From a virus, in the UHGV virus genome UHGV-0134996: 64,000 bases of DNA, one strand, 5' to 3'. The stretch's first letter is position 1. Each line of letters opens with the position of its first letter. The notes under the pieces were generated by a model. The model was not told the DNA's origin, did not search any database, and saw nothing but the letters and a program-made list of their open reading frames with translations. This document shows positions 9,997 to 20,330 of the stretch, piece by piece. Both the position numbers and the translations under genes were made by a program.

Positions 9997-10663
9997 CATG
10001 GTCCACCTCATGCTTTTCAGCCACCAGCGGCAATAAAGCCCTGGCCATCTTATGAACCAATAGTGCATCAATAATGCCAAGCGTATGCCCCGGCTTAATG
10101 TTTAATGCCGCCTCAAGGCGACACCTTTCCAGGCCACTTTTCTCGGCTTGTTTATGATGATCTGGTGTAATAACGTCGCCCAAAACACGGCTAATTCTTT
10201 CTCGTAATTGCTGGGTGCCAGCACACTTGATCGCTGTATCGTGGAGACGGTTAACCAGTTCGCGATAAACATGCGGCTTAATTCGGATACGTTCACCGGT
10301 GACGCCCTTTCCTGGTGCTGGCACCGAACTATCCGGAATATCCGGATAGTTGCCAGCCTCGTAAGCTACCCGCAGCCAGTGCATGAATGTTTCAGTGGAC
10401 ACACAACCACAGTCCACATCGATTTTCCCGCGTTGCTGTTCCAGCCAATGCTCAAAATTCAATCTACACGTATTACTTTCATGTTGCTCTTTTTGTCTCA
10501 AGGCCAGCACCTGTTGGGCCAGTTCCAGAACGATACCGGGTGACGCTAACCTCTCAAATTCCAATAAATAGTTTGCGTCAGGATGACAAGTAGCCTCGCC
10601 TGCAAAAAATACCAATTGCTGTAAGTATGCTGTCGTTAGAGTAGTCATTTCTTTTTGCGCCAT
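9983..10663 (-). CDS. hypothetical protein
   Basis: 226-aa ORF in tightly packed minus-strand operon. Confidence 0.5.
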   Translation of the reverse strand: MAQKEMTTLTTAYLQQLVFFAGEATCHPDANYLLEFERLASPGIVLELAQQVLALRQKEQHESNTCRLNFEHWLEQQRGKIDVDCGCVSTETFMHWLRVAYEAGNYPDIPDSSVPAPGKGVTGERIRIKPHVYRELVNRLHDTAIKCAGTQQLRERISRVLGDVITPDHHKQAEKSGLERCRLEAALNIKPGHTLGIIDALLVHKMARALLPLVAEKHEVDHANES

Positions 10664-11019
10664 TTCTTTTCACATTCCTTAGTCCATTTTTCAATGTTCA
10701 TTTTGGCAATATCAGTCATTCCATCACCTAAGAAATACTTTTTCCGGTACGTCTTGCACTTAAACCACACTACAACAGCCACCAGCCAGAAAATAAAAGG
10801 CCATACGGCAATACCAACTCCAGCCGCGATAAAGCCCAATATCCATAAATGAAGCTCTCCAACTTCTGTTTCCGGCAATATTCTTAAAGAATTAAACAGC
10901 AGGCTGAACGAATGGTCGTATGCATTGGCAGTATAAGACATGCAATCCATATAATTAAAGTCATAGCCTGCGGCTGCCGCCCATAATGGGCGGTCAAGAA
11001 AATGTTTTAGTGTCATCAT
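10645..11019 (-). CDS. hypothetical membrane protein
   Basis: 124-aa ORF with hydrophobic helices (IAAGVGIAVWPFIFWLVAVVVWF). Confidence 0.5.
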   Translation of the reverse strand: MMTLKHFLDRPLWAAAAGYDFNYMDCMSYTANAYDHSFSLLFNSLRILPETEVGELHLWILGFIAAGVGIAVWPFIFWLVAVVVWFKCKTYRKKYFLGDGMTDIAKMNIEKWTKECEKKWRKKK

Positions 11020-11025
11020 ATTAAT

Positions 11026-11319
11026 TTAAGGTTCAGACCAGTTATCTTCAATAGCAATGCTTAATCTTTGTAGCCATTCTGCTAATTTCAGCATTGCTTC
11101 TCTTTCGCTTAAACCACACGGAAAATCATCAAGCGATATTGTTGGCTTGAAGTTTCCCAAATTATCCATTTCAACGGTCAGATTTTGCTCCAGAACGGTA
11201 TTTCTTACACGGCTATTGTGCCGAAGCAAATATACTGAACGTGATTTATTGGTTTTGTGGTCGAACGTATATTCGGTAAGTATCATCTGACTTCCTCCAT
11301 GATTATTACCGCGCCACAT
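11026..11319 (-). CDS. hypothetical protein
   Basis: 97-aa ORF. Confidence 0.45.
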   Translation of the reverse strand: MWRGNNHGGSQMILTEYTFDHKTNKSRSVYLLRHNSRVRNTVLEQNLTVEMDNLGNFKPTISLDDFPCGLSEREAMLKLAEWLQRLSIAIEDNWSEP

Positions 11320-11342
11320 AATTACTCCGTGTTAATTGAAAT

Positions 11343-11645
11343 TTAGCTATTAATCTTCACTTTTATCGCGAACACCTTTACCGGTTTATCACCGAAGTGT
11401 GGTTGTGTGATTGTTTTTATTTCATATCCGTTATACGGGACGTCAATTCTGCGACTGAAGTCTTTGCGCTTCGGATATCCCTTTGTGATAATCAGGCGGT
11501 AATACTTACGGTTAACGAGGCGCTTATTCCAGTAGTCATTACACAGGCGATACTCTTCCGTTTTCTCCCCGCGAATCATGGCATCGAAGTATTCACCTTT
11601 AACGGCAAGTTGCAGGTTAGCCATTACCTCACCTCCAGTCTCCAT
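11343..11645 (-). CDS. hypothetical protein
   Basis: 100-aa ORF. Confidence 0.45.
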   Translation of the reverse strand: METGGEVMANLQLAVKGEYFDAMIRGEKTEEYRLCNDYWNKRLVNRKYYRLIITKGYPKRKDFSRRIDVPYNGYEIKTITQPHFGDKPVKVFAIKVKINS

Positions 11646-11884
11646 ACCGCCTGACCAATCCGGCTGGCATGGGTATCTTTGGATACTGTTCCGTCTTTAG
11701 CCAGCTCCATAAGAATTTTGCGCAAATCTGCCGAACGCCATTCTTCATCAGGAAATGCCTTCTCCATTGCCAACCGCAGATTCCAGGTTGCCATCCTGAA
11801 TGGATATTCCCCGCCGAGAGCTTTATCTTGCAGGGCAGCCCGGGAACGCATCACCTGCAAAACCTTCTCTTTTACATCCATCAT
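11624..11884 (-). CDS. hypothetical protein
   Basis: ORF from internal ATG (MMDVKEKVLQ...) overlapping upstream stop as ATGA. Confidence 0.4.
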   Translation of the reverse strand: MMDVKEKVLQVMRSRAALQDKALGGEYPFRMATWNLRLAMEKAFPDEEWRSADLRKILMELAKDGTVSKDTHASRIGQAVWRLEVR

Positions 11885-12738
11885 TTCGCCTCCTGCGGCG
11901 GTTCTGGTAGCGGCATCCAGAACAAGGCGTTCCCTAACCACGATAAAGTGCCGTCGCTCAACTCCACGTATTCCCCTTGTACCTGTCCTGCCATATACTC
12001 GCCGTGCTTTGAATAAATTAAAATCCAATCATCTTGAGGGGGCATTCGCTCACTACAGCTTATCCAACCATCCGGAGTTACCGGAGAGTTGCCTGCCAGT
12101 CTACGCAAAACAGCCTTAACAGCCTCAATACGGTCATCATCGTAACTTTCCGCCGTATCTATGCGGTCGAGCATGATGATTGCGTTATCAATATCAGGAT
12201 TGCCGGTCCACTCATTACCGCGATTGGATTCGGCAGCCTGGTTGCCGCGTACTGGTTGATTGTCGGCTTTACCCAGTCTGTCGTCGCTGCATGAATGCCC
12301 TTCCAGCCAGGCCAATGCTTGTCGCATGAAATACGCAATATGTTTGCCGTGGTAATCGTCTTCATCGATGTGAAAAGCGATACTACGAATGTATTCAATT
12401 GCGTTTTCAATGGCCTCTAACGCTATCGGCGCTGGCGGAGTGGTATATAGTTTTCGACATTTGTATATCCAACCGGCATGGTCAGGCGTGTCTGTAAAAC
12501 GCAAATCGTCTTCGTAGCACTCACGACTACGTTCTTTCCATTCCGTCCACGGAACACCGCTATTCCAGGTGGGGCGAGTGCAGGACTGATACAGAACAGG
12601 CTCTGCTTCCAGCGATGCCAGCACGATACGCGCCAGTTCTTCCGCTTCTTCTGCTGGCAGTACAACGTTGCTATCAGGTCCGTATGTTTCGCGCCACTGC
12701 TTGATTGTCAGCAGTCGCTCTTTGGTAATAGTGATCAT
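11881..12738 (-). CDS. hypothetical protein
   Basis: 285-aa ORF. Confidence 0.5.
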   Translation of the reverse strand: MITITKERLLTIKQWRETYGPDSNVVLPAEEAEELARIVLASLEAEPVLYQSCTRPTWNSGVPWTEWKERSRECYEDDLRFTDTPDHAGWIYKCRKLYTTPPAPIALEAIENAIEYIRSIAFHIDEDDYHGKHIAYFMRQALAWLEGHSCSDDRLGKADNQPVRGNQAAESNRGNEWTGNPDIDNAIIMLDRIDTAESYDDDRIEAVKAVLRRLAGNSPVTPDGWISCSERMPPQDDWILIYSKHGEYMAGQVQGEYVELSDGTLSWLGNALFWMPLPEPPQEAK

Positions 12739-13322
12739 GCCGCGTTTCCTTCTTTCTTATTAACAATTACACCGTCATATATTTCATTAAGGTGCCCTCT
12801 CAACTCCATGCGCCTTAATGCAGATAACATGTAATCGCATTCAACCTGCTTATTCCCAATAAAAGGTTTATCTTCAGGGTTACCCCAACAGCAATTACCC
12901 TTGGGCCACCCATGTACTTTCCGTACTCTTCCGTTAACAACGTGAAGTAATCCCCAGCCAGGTGGTAAATCCTCAATTGAAATAATTCCCGGCTCACTAA
13001 TAAAGAATCGCCAGTCGCCCATTCCAAGAGACGGATTTTTACGAAAACGCTTTTTTCTATCTGCCAACAAATCAGCACGAGAACACTTCGCCTCTATCAG
13101 GCATGATGCTGAATTTCTGAACCCCATAGCATCTGGCTGTTCTCCGGTACTGGTTACAGCTATAAAGCGGTCATGAAAACAAACCTTGAACCCGTTGCGC
13201 TTAAGGAACTTGTACGCAATCTGACAGAGTTCGCGGTGTGTTAACGCCATATCACTCTCCTTTAGTGCGCAAATGGTTTTTCCAGCGGTTTTGCGCCGCG
13301 CTGGGCTTTTTGCAAAAACCAC
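12735..13322 (-). CDS. hypothetical protein with possible PD-(D/E)xK nuclease-like motif
   Basis: 195 aa; ...GEQPDAMGF...CLIEAKCSRADL... resembles PD..(D/E)xK signature. Confidence 0.4.
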   Translation of the reverse strand: MVFAKSPARRKTAGKTICALKESDMALTHRELCQIAYKFLKRNGFKVCFHDRFIAVTSTGEQPDAMGFRNSASCLIEAKCSRADLLADRKKRFRKNPSLGMGDWRFFISEPGIISIEDLPPGWGLLHVVNGRVRKVHGWPKGNCCWGNPEDKPFIGNKQVECDYMLSALRRMELRGHLNEIYDGVIVNKKEGNAA

Positions 13323-13785
13323 AATCCATCATCCCGTAATATTTCATCAACCCCATCCGTCGGTTGCTGAGTCTCACCCACTGCCAGACGCCAGGAGCGT
13401 TTCTACGAACTAACAGAATCTTTGCTTTACGGTTTTTCATCTTACTGCGTACCCTTTCTTCCGCCTGTTCTGTGACGCAGTAGGCTTACGCTTTGCGGCA
13501 AAAGCCACCTGACCAAATGGATGGAGTACCGCTATCTTATGGTTGCTAATAACCAGCTCCACCACACGCACAGGTCGCTGTAAAAAAAGTCGTTTTGCCT
13601 TACGGTTTTTCATCGCTTTGCTCTCCTGCGTCTCTTTGCTGCTCGTCGTGCCGCTGCAATACCGGTATGGCGGCGCTTTGGTGCCGGGATGATGTTGTCA
13701 GCCATCAGGACATGTGGCTTTGCAATTAGCGCAGAAGCCCAAAAACGAGTCGGGTACGGTAACAAGCCGATACATGCCACACGCA

Positions 13786-14541
13786 CTACTCACCTCCGTT
13801 GATGCGAATGCCAGCGGCACGGGAATCATTCCATCGCTTTACTTCTTCACGAATTACGTCAATGCATTCTTTCGAATCCATTAGGTAATCTTCATCAAAA
13901 AGCCTTTCCTGTTCGTTTTCTATCGCAACAATGATTGCTTCAACTAACTTTTGTGCCTGAGAACCACTTTCTAACTCTGCAATGCGCTTCTCTGCGGCTT
14001 CCAGCTTCTCGCGCATATCGTCAACGTACTCGACCAGAGATCCGCCAGCAGGAATTTCGCACTCCTCGACCAGTTGGAAGTAGATATCAGCTGCGGCCCG
14101 TGTGTTGCTATGCCTAGCGTCGCCCATCTCACCTTCACGAAGAGCATCGCGTTCGGCGGTAAGATTGGCTATTTTGCTGTCTTTGCCTTCCAGCTCAACG
14201 CGAAGCCTCCCTACCGTTAGCGCAATTTCCTCGTTCTCCTGGTCACGGCGTTTGATGTATTGCTGGTTTCTTTCCAGTTCATCCAGTAATGCCGTCACGG
14301 TAGCTGGATTGGCTGCGGCGATGAATTCAGCATTGGCCTGCTGTTCTATTTGGAAATCTTCATCGAAACCGCTTTCAGGATGCGCTCCTTCAATTCTGCA
14401 AATGGGAATATATCCAGCAACCTCGCGATGAATTAGTGCATCATCACCATCAAATCGTCCCTCTCCATATTCGAGCGACCACACACCACACGTTGCTTTC
14501 TCTGCCTTTTCACGCAGTGCCTGATAGTCAATCTTGCTCAC
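13786..14541 (-). CDS. Ead/Ea22-like coiled-coil protein (paralog 1)
   Basis: 251 aa; N-terminal DYQALREKAEKAT..W motif and coiled-coil centre. Confidence 0.55.
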   Translation of the reverse strand: MSKIDYQALREKAEKATCGVWSLEYGEGRFDGDDALIHREVAGYIPICRIEGAHPESGFDEDFQIEQQANAEFIAAANPATVTALLDELERNQQYIKRRDQENEEIALTVGRLRVELEGKDSKIANLTAERDALREGEMGDARHSNTRAAADIYFQLVEECEIPAGGSLVEYVDDMREKLEAAEKRIAELESGSQAQKLVEAIIVAIENEQERLFDEDYLMDSKECIDVIREEVKRWNDSRAAGIRINGGE

Positions 14542-15272
14542 TGGTTGCCTCCTTTGCGAAGCTGGGCAGCAAAGTCAACTAACCACTCAGTCATTTCAAC
14601 CTTCCCTACCAGGTCTGAACCAGGGTGCATACAGCAATCACTCTGCGCCGCTTTGAAATCCTTATACTCATATTCTTGGGCCACCAGATTTTTTGCAGCT
14701 TCTATAGCAGCATCCACCCCCTGCGCCCGGACTTCAGCCAAGAAAGCGTCGGTGGCTGACATATTTCCTGTTGCCTTCATGGCCTTCAAAATAACCAGAA
14801 CGCCATCTCGCCCAACCACCTCAGCGATAACCTCGGTGTTGTCGCCAACAACATCGCAGAATGCCTGAACTGCCTTACGAGCCAGCTCATTCTCCACTGC
14901 CAGCGCCGTGCGATTACCCTCCAGCTCTGCAATGCGCTGTTTTGCGGCATCCAGTTCAATCGACAATTTTTCCAACTGCTCTTGATGCTTCTTGTATTCC
15001 TGATATGCGTGCCAAGACTGACCTTTGCGCACACTATCAGTGATATCAGTAATCTGTTCTGGTGTTAGCGTGGTCAGTGGCTGTGATGGGAAAATAAGCA
15101 CTTTCCCGGAATCCCAATCAAAACCAGCGTGAATTGACTGAACCTCAACTGAAGGTGTTGAACCAATGCTGCCAGGCGAATGAACAACGATTGTTACATC
15201 CATATCGCGACGATGGCTGTGGTTGTTGGACAAAATACGATTCACCAACTCAGAAAATTTGGAAATTTTCAT
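14538..15272 (-). CDS. Ead/Ea22-like coiled-coil protein (paralog 2)
   Basis: 244 aa; shares ATDAFLAEVRAQG and coiled-coil with neighbours. Confidence 0.55.
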   Translation of the reverse strand: MKISKFSELVNRILSNNHSHRRDMDVTIVVHSPGSIGSTPSVEVQSIHAGFDWDSGKVLIFPSQPLTTLTPEQITDITDSVRKGQSWHAYQEYKKHQEQLEKLSIELDAAKQRIAELEGNRTALAVENELARKAVQAFCDVVGDNTEVIAEVVGRDGVLVILKAMKATGNMSATDAFLAEVRAQGVDAAIEAAKNLVAQEYEYKDFKAAQSDCCMHPGSDLVGKVEMTEWLVDFAAQLRKGGNQ

Positions 15273-15555
15273 GCTGATTCCCCTTTCTCTGCTCTCTCCT
15301 GTCGGAACATCACTATCATCAGGTCGCCTTTTGTCGCTATCCTGGCTGTTGTACCTGGTTCAATGCGGCTAAGCTCAAATGCGTCATAGAACGCTTCTAA
15401 TGCCTTCTGGCGTAGTTCCTGTTTGCGCCGTTTTTTCCACTGTTTTAGGAAAATGGAACCCAGCCATCGCCATGTGCGGGACATGATGTAAAGCCAACCG
15501 AGAAGTGCCAGACCGGTATTTAGGAGCGTATCGATCGTTATTGTCGTGTCGATAT

Positions 15556-16266
15556 TCACTGGCTGCTTCCTTTGCGAATCTGTTCCGCCCATTCTTCAAG
15601 GGATTTCTCCGCATATTCACCAGACAGGCCATCAATCGGATGCGCTTCATTAGCCAACTCTTCTTTCGCTGACAAAATCATGCGTGTAACGTCGAAAACT
15701 TCACGCAAAGACTTATTGATAAATCCGTGATTGAACGCAGCAGCAAGACGGCTGGCGGTATAGTTAATCCCCTCGTTGCGTGCTTCCGCACGAATTTCAG
15801 CCAGAAAAGCATCGGTAGCTGGAGTTTCGCTGTGGTGCAGGGCATCGTTGATAATCATTGCAGCAACTCCGGCCTGCCCTGCATCCGTGACCGACACATG
15901 ATCAAGAGTTACAGCCATTGCGAGTTTCAGCCCGGCGTTCTCTGCCACCAGAGCCGCGAGCTTAGTCTCAAGCGGTGCTATTCGGCACATAGCATCAATA
16001 TTTGTGTCCTCCAGGCGCTTAATTTCGCCCAGGAGTGCCAGCGCAACTTTTGGTGGGATAGCCGCGATATAACGGGCATTAGCACCAGCATTCCTTTGCC
16101 CATCAATGCCAGGCCAGTCAATAAAGTATCCGCAATGCCTACCCTCAGACGTGCGCGCAGGATAAATGCCGTTATGACCCGGCAAAATATATGCTACCCA
16201 TTCATCTTGCGTTGCCTGTTCCGCCGCCTCGCGCAGTTCTTGATAGTCAATTGTCATTCTCGCCAT
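15556..16266 (-). CDS. Ead/Ea22-like protein (paralog 3)
   Basis: 236 aa; MARMTIDYQELREAAEQATQDEW... and ATDAFLAEIRAEA shared with paralog 2. Confidence 0.55.
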   Translation of the reverse strand: MARMTIDYQELREAAEQATQDEWVAYILPGHNGIYPARTSEGRHCGYFIDWPGIDGQRNAGANARYIAAIPPKVALALLGEIKRLEDTNIDAMCRIAPLETKLAALVAENAGLKLAMAVTLDHVSVTDAGQAGVAAMIINDALHHSETPATDAFLAEIRAEARNEGINYTASRLAAAFNHGFINKSLREVFDVTRMILSAKEELANEAHPIDGLSGEYAEKSLEEWAEQIRKGSSQ

Positions 16267-16898
16267 CCTTCACAGTTGTAATCACGACAGCCTTCAAAAT
16301 CATATGGGCTGTACTGCCAGGTGATTTTTCCGCAATGCGGACAATTCCAACGCACCTTCCCGCTTCGCGACTTCTTTCTTCTGTTCTGCTTTTTCAACCA
16401 GTCAGGCATGATCAAACCTGCGCCCTGAACCATTGTTCTGCGGTTAAAGTTATTGATATTGAACGTCCGGCGCTTTGCTGCATCAGCAATGGAAAATGGC
16501 AACCAAACTATTCCTGGTTCGTTTTTGTTGGCGACGCTAAAGATGGTCGCTTTACTGAAGTCATCTGTTGGCAATCCACCGTGTTGAAGCCAGTAAACAT
16601 CGTTGCCGTTCCAGCTACCTTTTTTGTAGGCCACATACGCAGTGCAATCTGACTCAATCAGGCTTTCTGTAGGGATGTACTGGCAATCAACGTGCCACAC
16701 AGCCATTGCATCCACACTATCGGCACAAACAGGCTGATCGATATCTCGCCCACAATTCCAGGCTTTTTGGGCTTCTTCCAGCGTGTAAACATGAGCGCGA
16801 TCGATATCAGAACTGTAACCATTGCCGTTATGGCAATGGAATGAGGCGTTATTACCCACAGTTTCACGCAAGCACATCATGTAAAAACGGTTACTCAC
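16254..16898 (-). CDS. hypothetical cysteine-rich protein
   Basis: 214-aa ORF with C-terminal CPHCG...C..C motif. Confidence 0.45.
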   Translation of the reverse strand: MSNRFYMMCLRETVGNNASFHCHNGNGYSSDIDRAHVYTLEEAQKAWNCGRDIDQPVCADSVDAMAVWHVDCQYIPTESLIESDCTAYVAYKKGSWNGNDVYWLQHGGLPTDDFSKATIFSVANKNEPGIVWLPFSIADAAKRRTFNINNFNRRTMVQGAGLIMPDWLKKQNRRKKSRSGKVRWNCPHCGKITWQYSPYDFEGCRDYNCEGWRE

Positions 16899-17106
16899 TG
16901 GATGCCTCCCAGCAAATTTGTCTTATATAAGAACTGTTAACGCGCTTTACTTTCCCGTCGAACTCCAGTTTCTTTAGACGACGCAAAACGTATGCCGTTT
17001 TGAGTGTGCGATATTTATCCCTAAGCCAGTTGGTCACGACGTAAGTCATACAGCGCCCGTGTTCTTCCAACACCCGAACTATTTCTTCGTCGGTTGGCTT
17101 GCTCAT
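16891..17106 (-). CDS. hypothetical small protein
   Basis: 71-aa ORF, overlapping neighbours in operon fashion. Confidence 0.4.
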   Translation of the reverse strand: MSKPTDEEIVRVLEEHGRCMTYVVTNWLRDKYRTLKTAYVLRRLKKLEFDGKVKRVNSSYIRQICWEASSE

Positions 17107-17324
17107 TTTGTCGCTCCTTCAGCTTTCTCTACTTTCGCTGCCATGATTTCCAGCTTTTGTGCTGCCGATGCCGCTAACCTGTGAAATTCTTCATCTGTTT
17201 CAACTGGAATTGGTACAAACCTGACACCAATTTGAGCAAGGCTATGCGCCATTTCGAGACTTGCTCTTAACTCTGCTGGGGATGCTTTATTCAGGCCGAC
17301 TTCCTCACAAATAACTGATTGCAT
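17103..17324 (-). CDS. hypothetical small protein
   Basis: 73-aa ORF. Confidence 0.4.
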   Translation of the reverse strand: MQSVICEEVGLNKASPAELRASLEMAHSLAQIGVRFVPIPVETDEEFHRLAASAAQKLEIMAAKVEKAEGATK

Positions 17325-17333
17325 ACGCTCGCC

Positions 17334-18059
17334 CTACTGAATACGCTCAAACTCGATTACCCAAACCCAGGGATTAGCGCTCCAGCTTTCTTCGCCGTAG
17401 ATGGATTCCCACAGGCGCTGGAACGCAACCTTGGCCATTGCGAAATCCCCCTTGGGAGTAAGGAATGTTCCCGGGTGATCAGGAAGCAAACTTCCAGCAG
17501 GCGGAACACCCTCATCCCTTGCATCGCATTCGCTGATATCGTTCAACCGCTCAACGCGCACGTTGGTAATTTCCACCAGGATGCGTGATGCCCATCGCGG
17601 CATGTGAATTGATGGACGCCACCCACCATCAAACTTTTCATTCACAGTGTGAGGTTTCCAGTCGGCATCATCGGGTATCGACCATAAACCGTAATCACCA
17701 GGCTTTTGCTCACAACTGGCCCGATAAATCCTTGCTGCGTTCTTCTCATCGCCACGACAAAGGTTGTCGTTCCAGTCCACACTGCAACCATCTTCATTGC
17801 CTAATATCGCCCATGTTTCACGAACCCAAATTCGATCGCCGACGATACCAAAGGGGCAATTGAAAACACTGCTTACACCATCAGCCCCGTACCACTGAAA
17901 ACCTGCACCAATTTTTCTAATCATCACTGGTGCTTCTGGACCAACTTCCGCAGGCTGATTTTTCATTATCCGCCGCGTCTGCGTTTTCCTTCCTTCGAGG
18001 ATGGCTCGGACCATCTCATCGTTGAAAATCATGCCGCGCTCTTTCACTTCGCCTTTCAT
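17334..18059 (-). CDS. hypothetical protein, possible ASCH/PUA-like fold
   Basis: 241-aa ORF; first gene after the C1 operator at 18238. Confidence 0.45.
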   Translation of the reverse strand: MKGEVKERGMIFNDEMVRAILEGRKTQTRRIMKNQPAEVGPEAPVMIRKIGAGFQWYGADGVSSVFNCPFGIVGDRIWVRETWAILGNEDGCSVDWNDNLCRGDEKNAARIYRASCEQKPGDYGLWSIPDDADWKPHTVNEKFDGGWRPSIHMPRWASRILVEITNVRVERLNDISECDARDEGVPPAGSLLPDHPGTFLTPKGDFAMAKVAFQRLWESIYGEESWSANPWVWVIEFERIQ

Positions 18060-18237
18060 GCATCCCCCTTACCCATGCGCGACGATGCCGCCAAAAGTGA
18101 TAGAGAACAGCCAGAAATAGATCGCGGCCATAATGATTTTGAATGCCGTGTTCATATTTTCAGCTCCTGTGATTGATTGGATACATGCCGCGCCTTGCGG
18201 CATGTTTTTATTTTCACTTTCTCTGTTTTAAAAATCA

Positions 18238-18254
18238 AGATTTATTAGAGCAAT
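18238..18254 (-). promoter_or_regulatory. C1 operator overlapping the 3' end of the HAD-phosphatase gene
   Basis: AGATTTATTAGAGCAAT, 15/17 to reverse complement of consensus. Confidence 0.65.
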
Positions 18255-18760
18255 TACTGTTGATGGAGAAGCGCGTTTTCATACTCCCTGACCATTAACG
18301 TAAGTACGCCGTGACTCCTGAAAACACGCGCCACTTCAATCTTATCTTCCAGCGCGAACGCGATTTTACTTAGACCAATTTTCTTAAGGAGAGCAATCTT
18401 TGCTGGGCCGTCATTTCTGTCATCGGTGGCAGGACGCATAGATAGCAAAGGCTCAGCCCCGTTTGTTACGTGCTTACGCAACCAGGCTCGTGTTTTATCC
18501 CTGGCTATCTCACAGCGCCCGGTTACAAACCAGACCGTGTAAACGTTAAATAACTGGCGCACCATATCAATAACTGGAGTGATGGGAGCATCAGTGTCAC
18601 AGGCAAGGTTAAACTCGTTCCAGTGCTCTGTTAATGCACCTTTGCCAGGTGGTGGAAGCAAATGCAGCCTGTCTTCCGTTGCCTCTGATATCGTCCCATC
18701 AATATCGACTATGACGATATACGGACGTTCCTGGTGTGCGTGTTTATTGAAAATACTCAA
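18254..18760 (-). CDS. HAD-superfamily phosphatase (P1 Pap-like position)
   Basis: 168 aa; DIDGT motif (IVIVDIDGTIS) typical of HAD phosphatases. Confidence 0.65.
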   Translation of the reverse strand: MSIFNKHAHQERPYIVIVDIDGTISEATEDRLHLLPPPGKGALTEHWNEFNLACDTDAPITPVIDMVRQLFNVYTVWFVTGRCEIARDKTRAWLRKHVTNGAEPLLSMRPATDDRNDGPAKIALLKKIGLSKIAFALEDKIEVARVFRSHGVLTLMVREYENALLHQQ

Positions 18761-18833
18761 ATGCCCTCCTCATTGGACGAAAAAAATGCTGGTGGGACGC
18801 ACTCCACCAGCATTAAAAGTGACACTGTAACTA

Positions 18834-20096
18834 TCAGCGAACGTAAATAGTGCCGCCGTTCTCTTTTTCCCATGCATCGCTACGTGCATAGCAAACATCG
18901 AGAAGTCTTCTTGCCGCTGTTTCCTCTAAACCCAATTCGACAACCAACTGCTCATGACGGCGGGTAACCACATCAAACAGGGTATGCAGCCCTTTATTGG
19001 CCAGTTCATCAATGAATTCCGGTTCGAACGGTAGCTCTGCATCTGCCAACATAACCTCTTGCGCCCACTCGACACGGCGGACCAGTTCCGGGCGGCGGCT
19101 TTCCATCTCTTTACAGATCATTTCATGGAAGAACTCTACCCAACCTTCCGGCTGGAACTCGCGGAAAATGGCCAACGGCTGGAAGTTTGGCATCAACCAT
19201 TCGTTGATACGTATATCAATGGCATAGCCCATGTCGCAGCAGAACTGATAAGCAAAGTCCAGCTTAGAAACGATATAAGGACGCTCGTTATTGAACTCTT
19301 TAGGCGATGAGATCCCATAAGCCAGGAGGCGCGGGAAGAATGAGATTTGCCCTAACGTCGGATGGAGTTTGCTTGCAGGGAAACGGCGCTCAGTAATGCC
19401 ATACATTTCCTTCTTGAGCGTCGCAAATTTGGCGTTTTCATTAACCAGCTCGGTAACCTCTGCTTTTTTATTAGCAAATGCCACGCGCGCCTCGCTTGCA
19501 TCTTTAATAGCCTTTTTGAGCTGTTGGTTAAGGTCGACAATCTGCTTACGCAGTTCCTGTCGCTCGCTTTTGGCTTTGTTATAGCGTTTCTCAAGGTTAA
19601 AAGGATCAAGTTTCATGATCTCTTTATATTGAGATTTTAGAGTTGAAATCTGTGAGTTCCGCAGCACAACCATCGCGGTCATTTCATTGAGTTTTGTTTC
19701 CAGCTCAATGCTTATACGTTCGGCATTATCAGCACGCTGGTTGGCGTCATGCGTCGCATCTTCGATCGCGTCCTGTTGCTGGCGTTTCAAATGTTCAATT
19801 TCCAGCTGAAGCTCTTCAATTTCTTTACCCTTCAGACCGAGATCCAACTGCATATTTTCAGCTGCATCTACCAGGGAGTTATGGCTATCAGCTTCTGCGT
19901 TATAAACATCAATAAGCTGTGCGTGAAGCATCTCCGCTGACTGAACCGCATTATCAAAAAAACGTGCTGTGAGGTCATCACAACTAACGCGGCGTTGCGC
20001 GGCCCGGATGTTCTGGATAATGGCCGGGATACCGGCATTCAGGACATCAGGGATAGATACATTTTCGATTGATTGGTTTTGTGCTGAAGTGCTCAT
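18834..20096 (-). CDS. hypothetical protein with long central coiled coil
   Basis: 420-aa ORF; heptad-rich region residues about 80-230. Confidence 0.5.
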   Translation of the reverse strand: MSTSAQNQSIENVSIPDVLNAGIPAIIQNIRAAQRRVSCDDLTARFFDNAVQSAEMLHAQLIDVYNAEADSHNSLVDAAENMQLDLGLKGKEIEELQLEIEHLKRQQQDAIEDATHDANQRADNAERISIELETKLNEMTAMVVLRNSQISTLKSQYKEIMKLDPFNLEKRYNKAKSERQELRKQIVDLNQQLKKAIKDASEARVAFANKKAEVTELVNENAKFATLKKEMYGITERRFPASKLHPTLGQISFFPRLLAYGISSPKEFNNERPYIVSKLDFAYQFCCDMGYAIDIRINEWLMPNFQPLAIFREFQPEGWVEFFHEMICKEMESRRPELVRRVEWAQEVMLADAELPFEPEFIDELANKGLHTLFDVVTRRHEQLVVELGLEETAARRLLDVCYARSDAWEKENGGTIYVR

Positions 20097-20097
20097 T

Positions 20098-20316
20098 TCA
20101 AAGTTCCGTATTAGCTTGTGCTTCGGTCATTTTTCCTAAGTATGAAGGAGGAAGGACTACGCAATTTGTATCCAGTCCCTCACCTATGGCAGCCTGTAAA
20201 ATTCTGGCTAAGGTGAGTCTCTTGTTGCGATACCTGGTGATGACATGCCTGATACCGCCGGTCGGCGTAACAAAGGCGATCAGCCAGTAGTGATATTTCC
20301 GTCGGAATGGCCACAT
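20098..20316 (-). CDS. hypothetical small protein
   Basis: 72-aa ORF immediately downstream of operator pair. Confidence 0.4.
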   Translation of the reverse strand: MWPFRRKYHYWLIAFVTPTGGIRHVITRYRNKRLTLARILQAAIGEGLDTNCVVLPPSYLGKMTEAQANTEL

Positions 20317-20330
20317 AGTGCACCTTGTAG

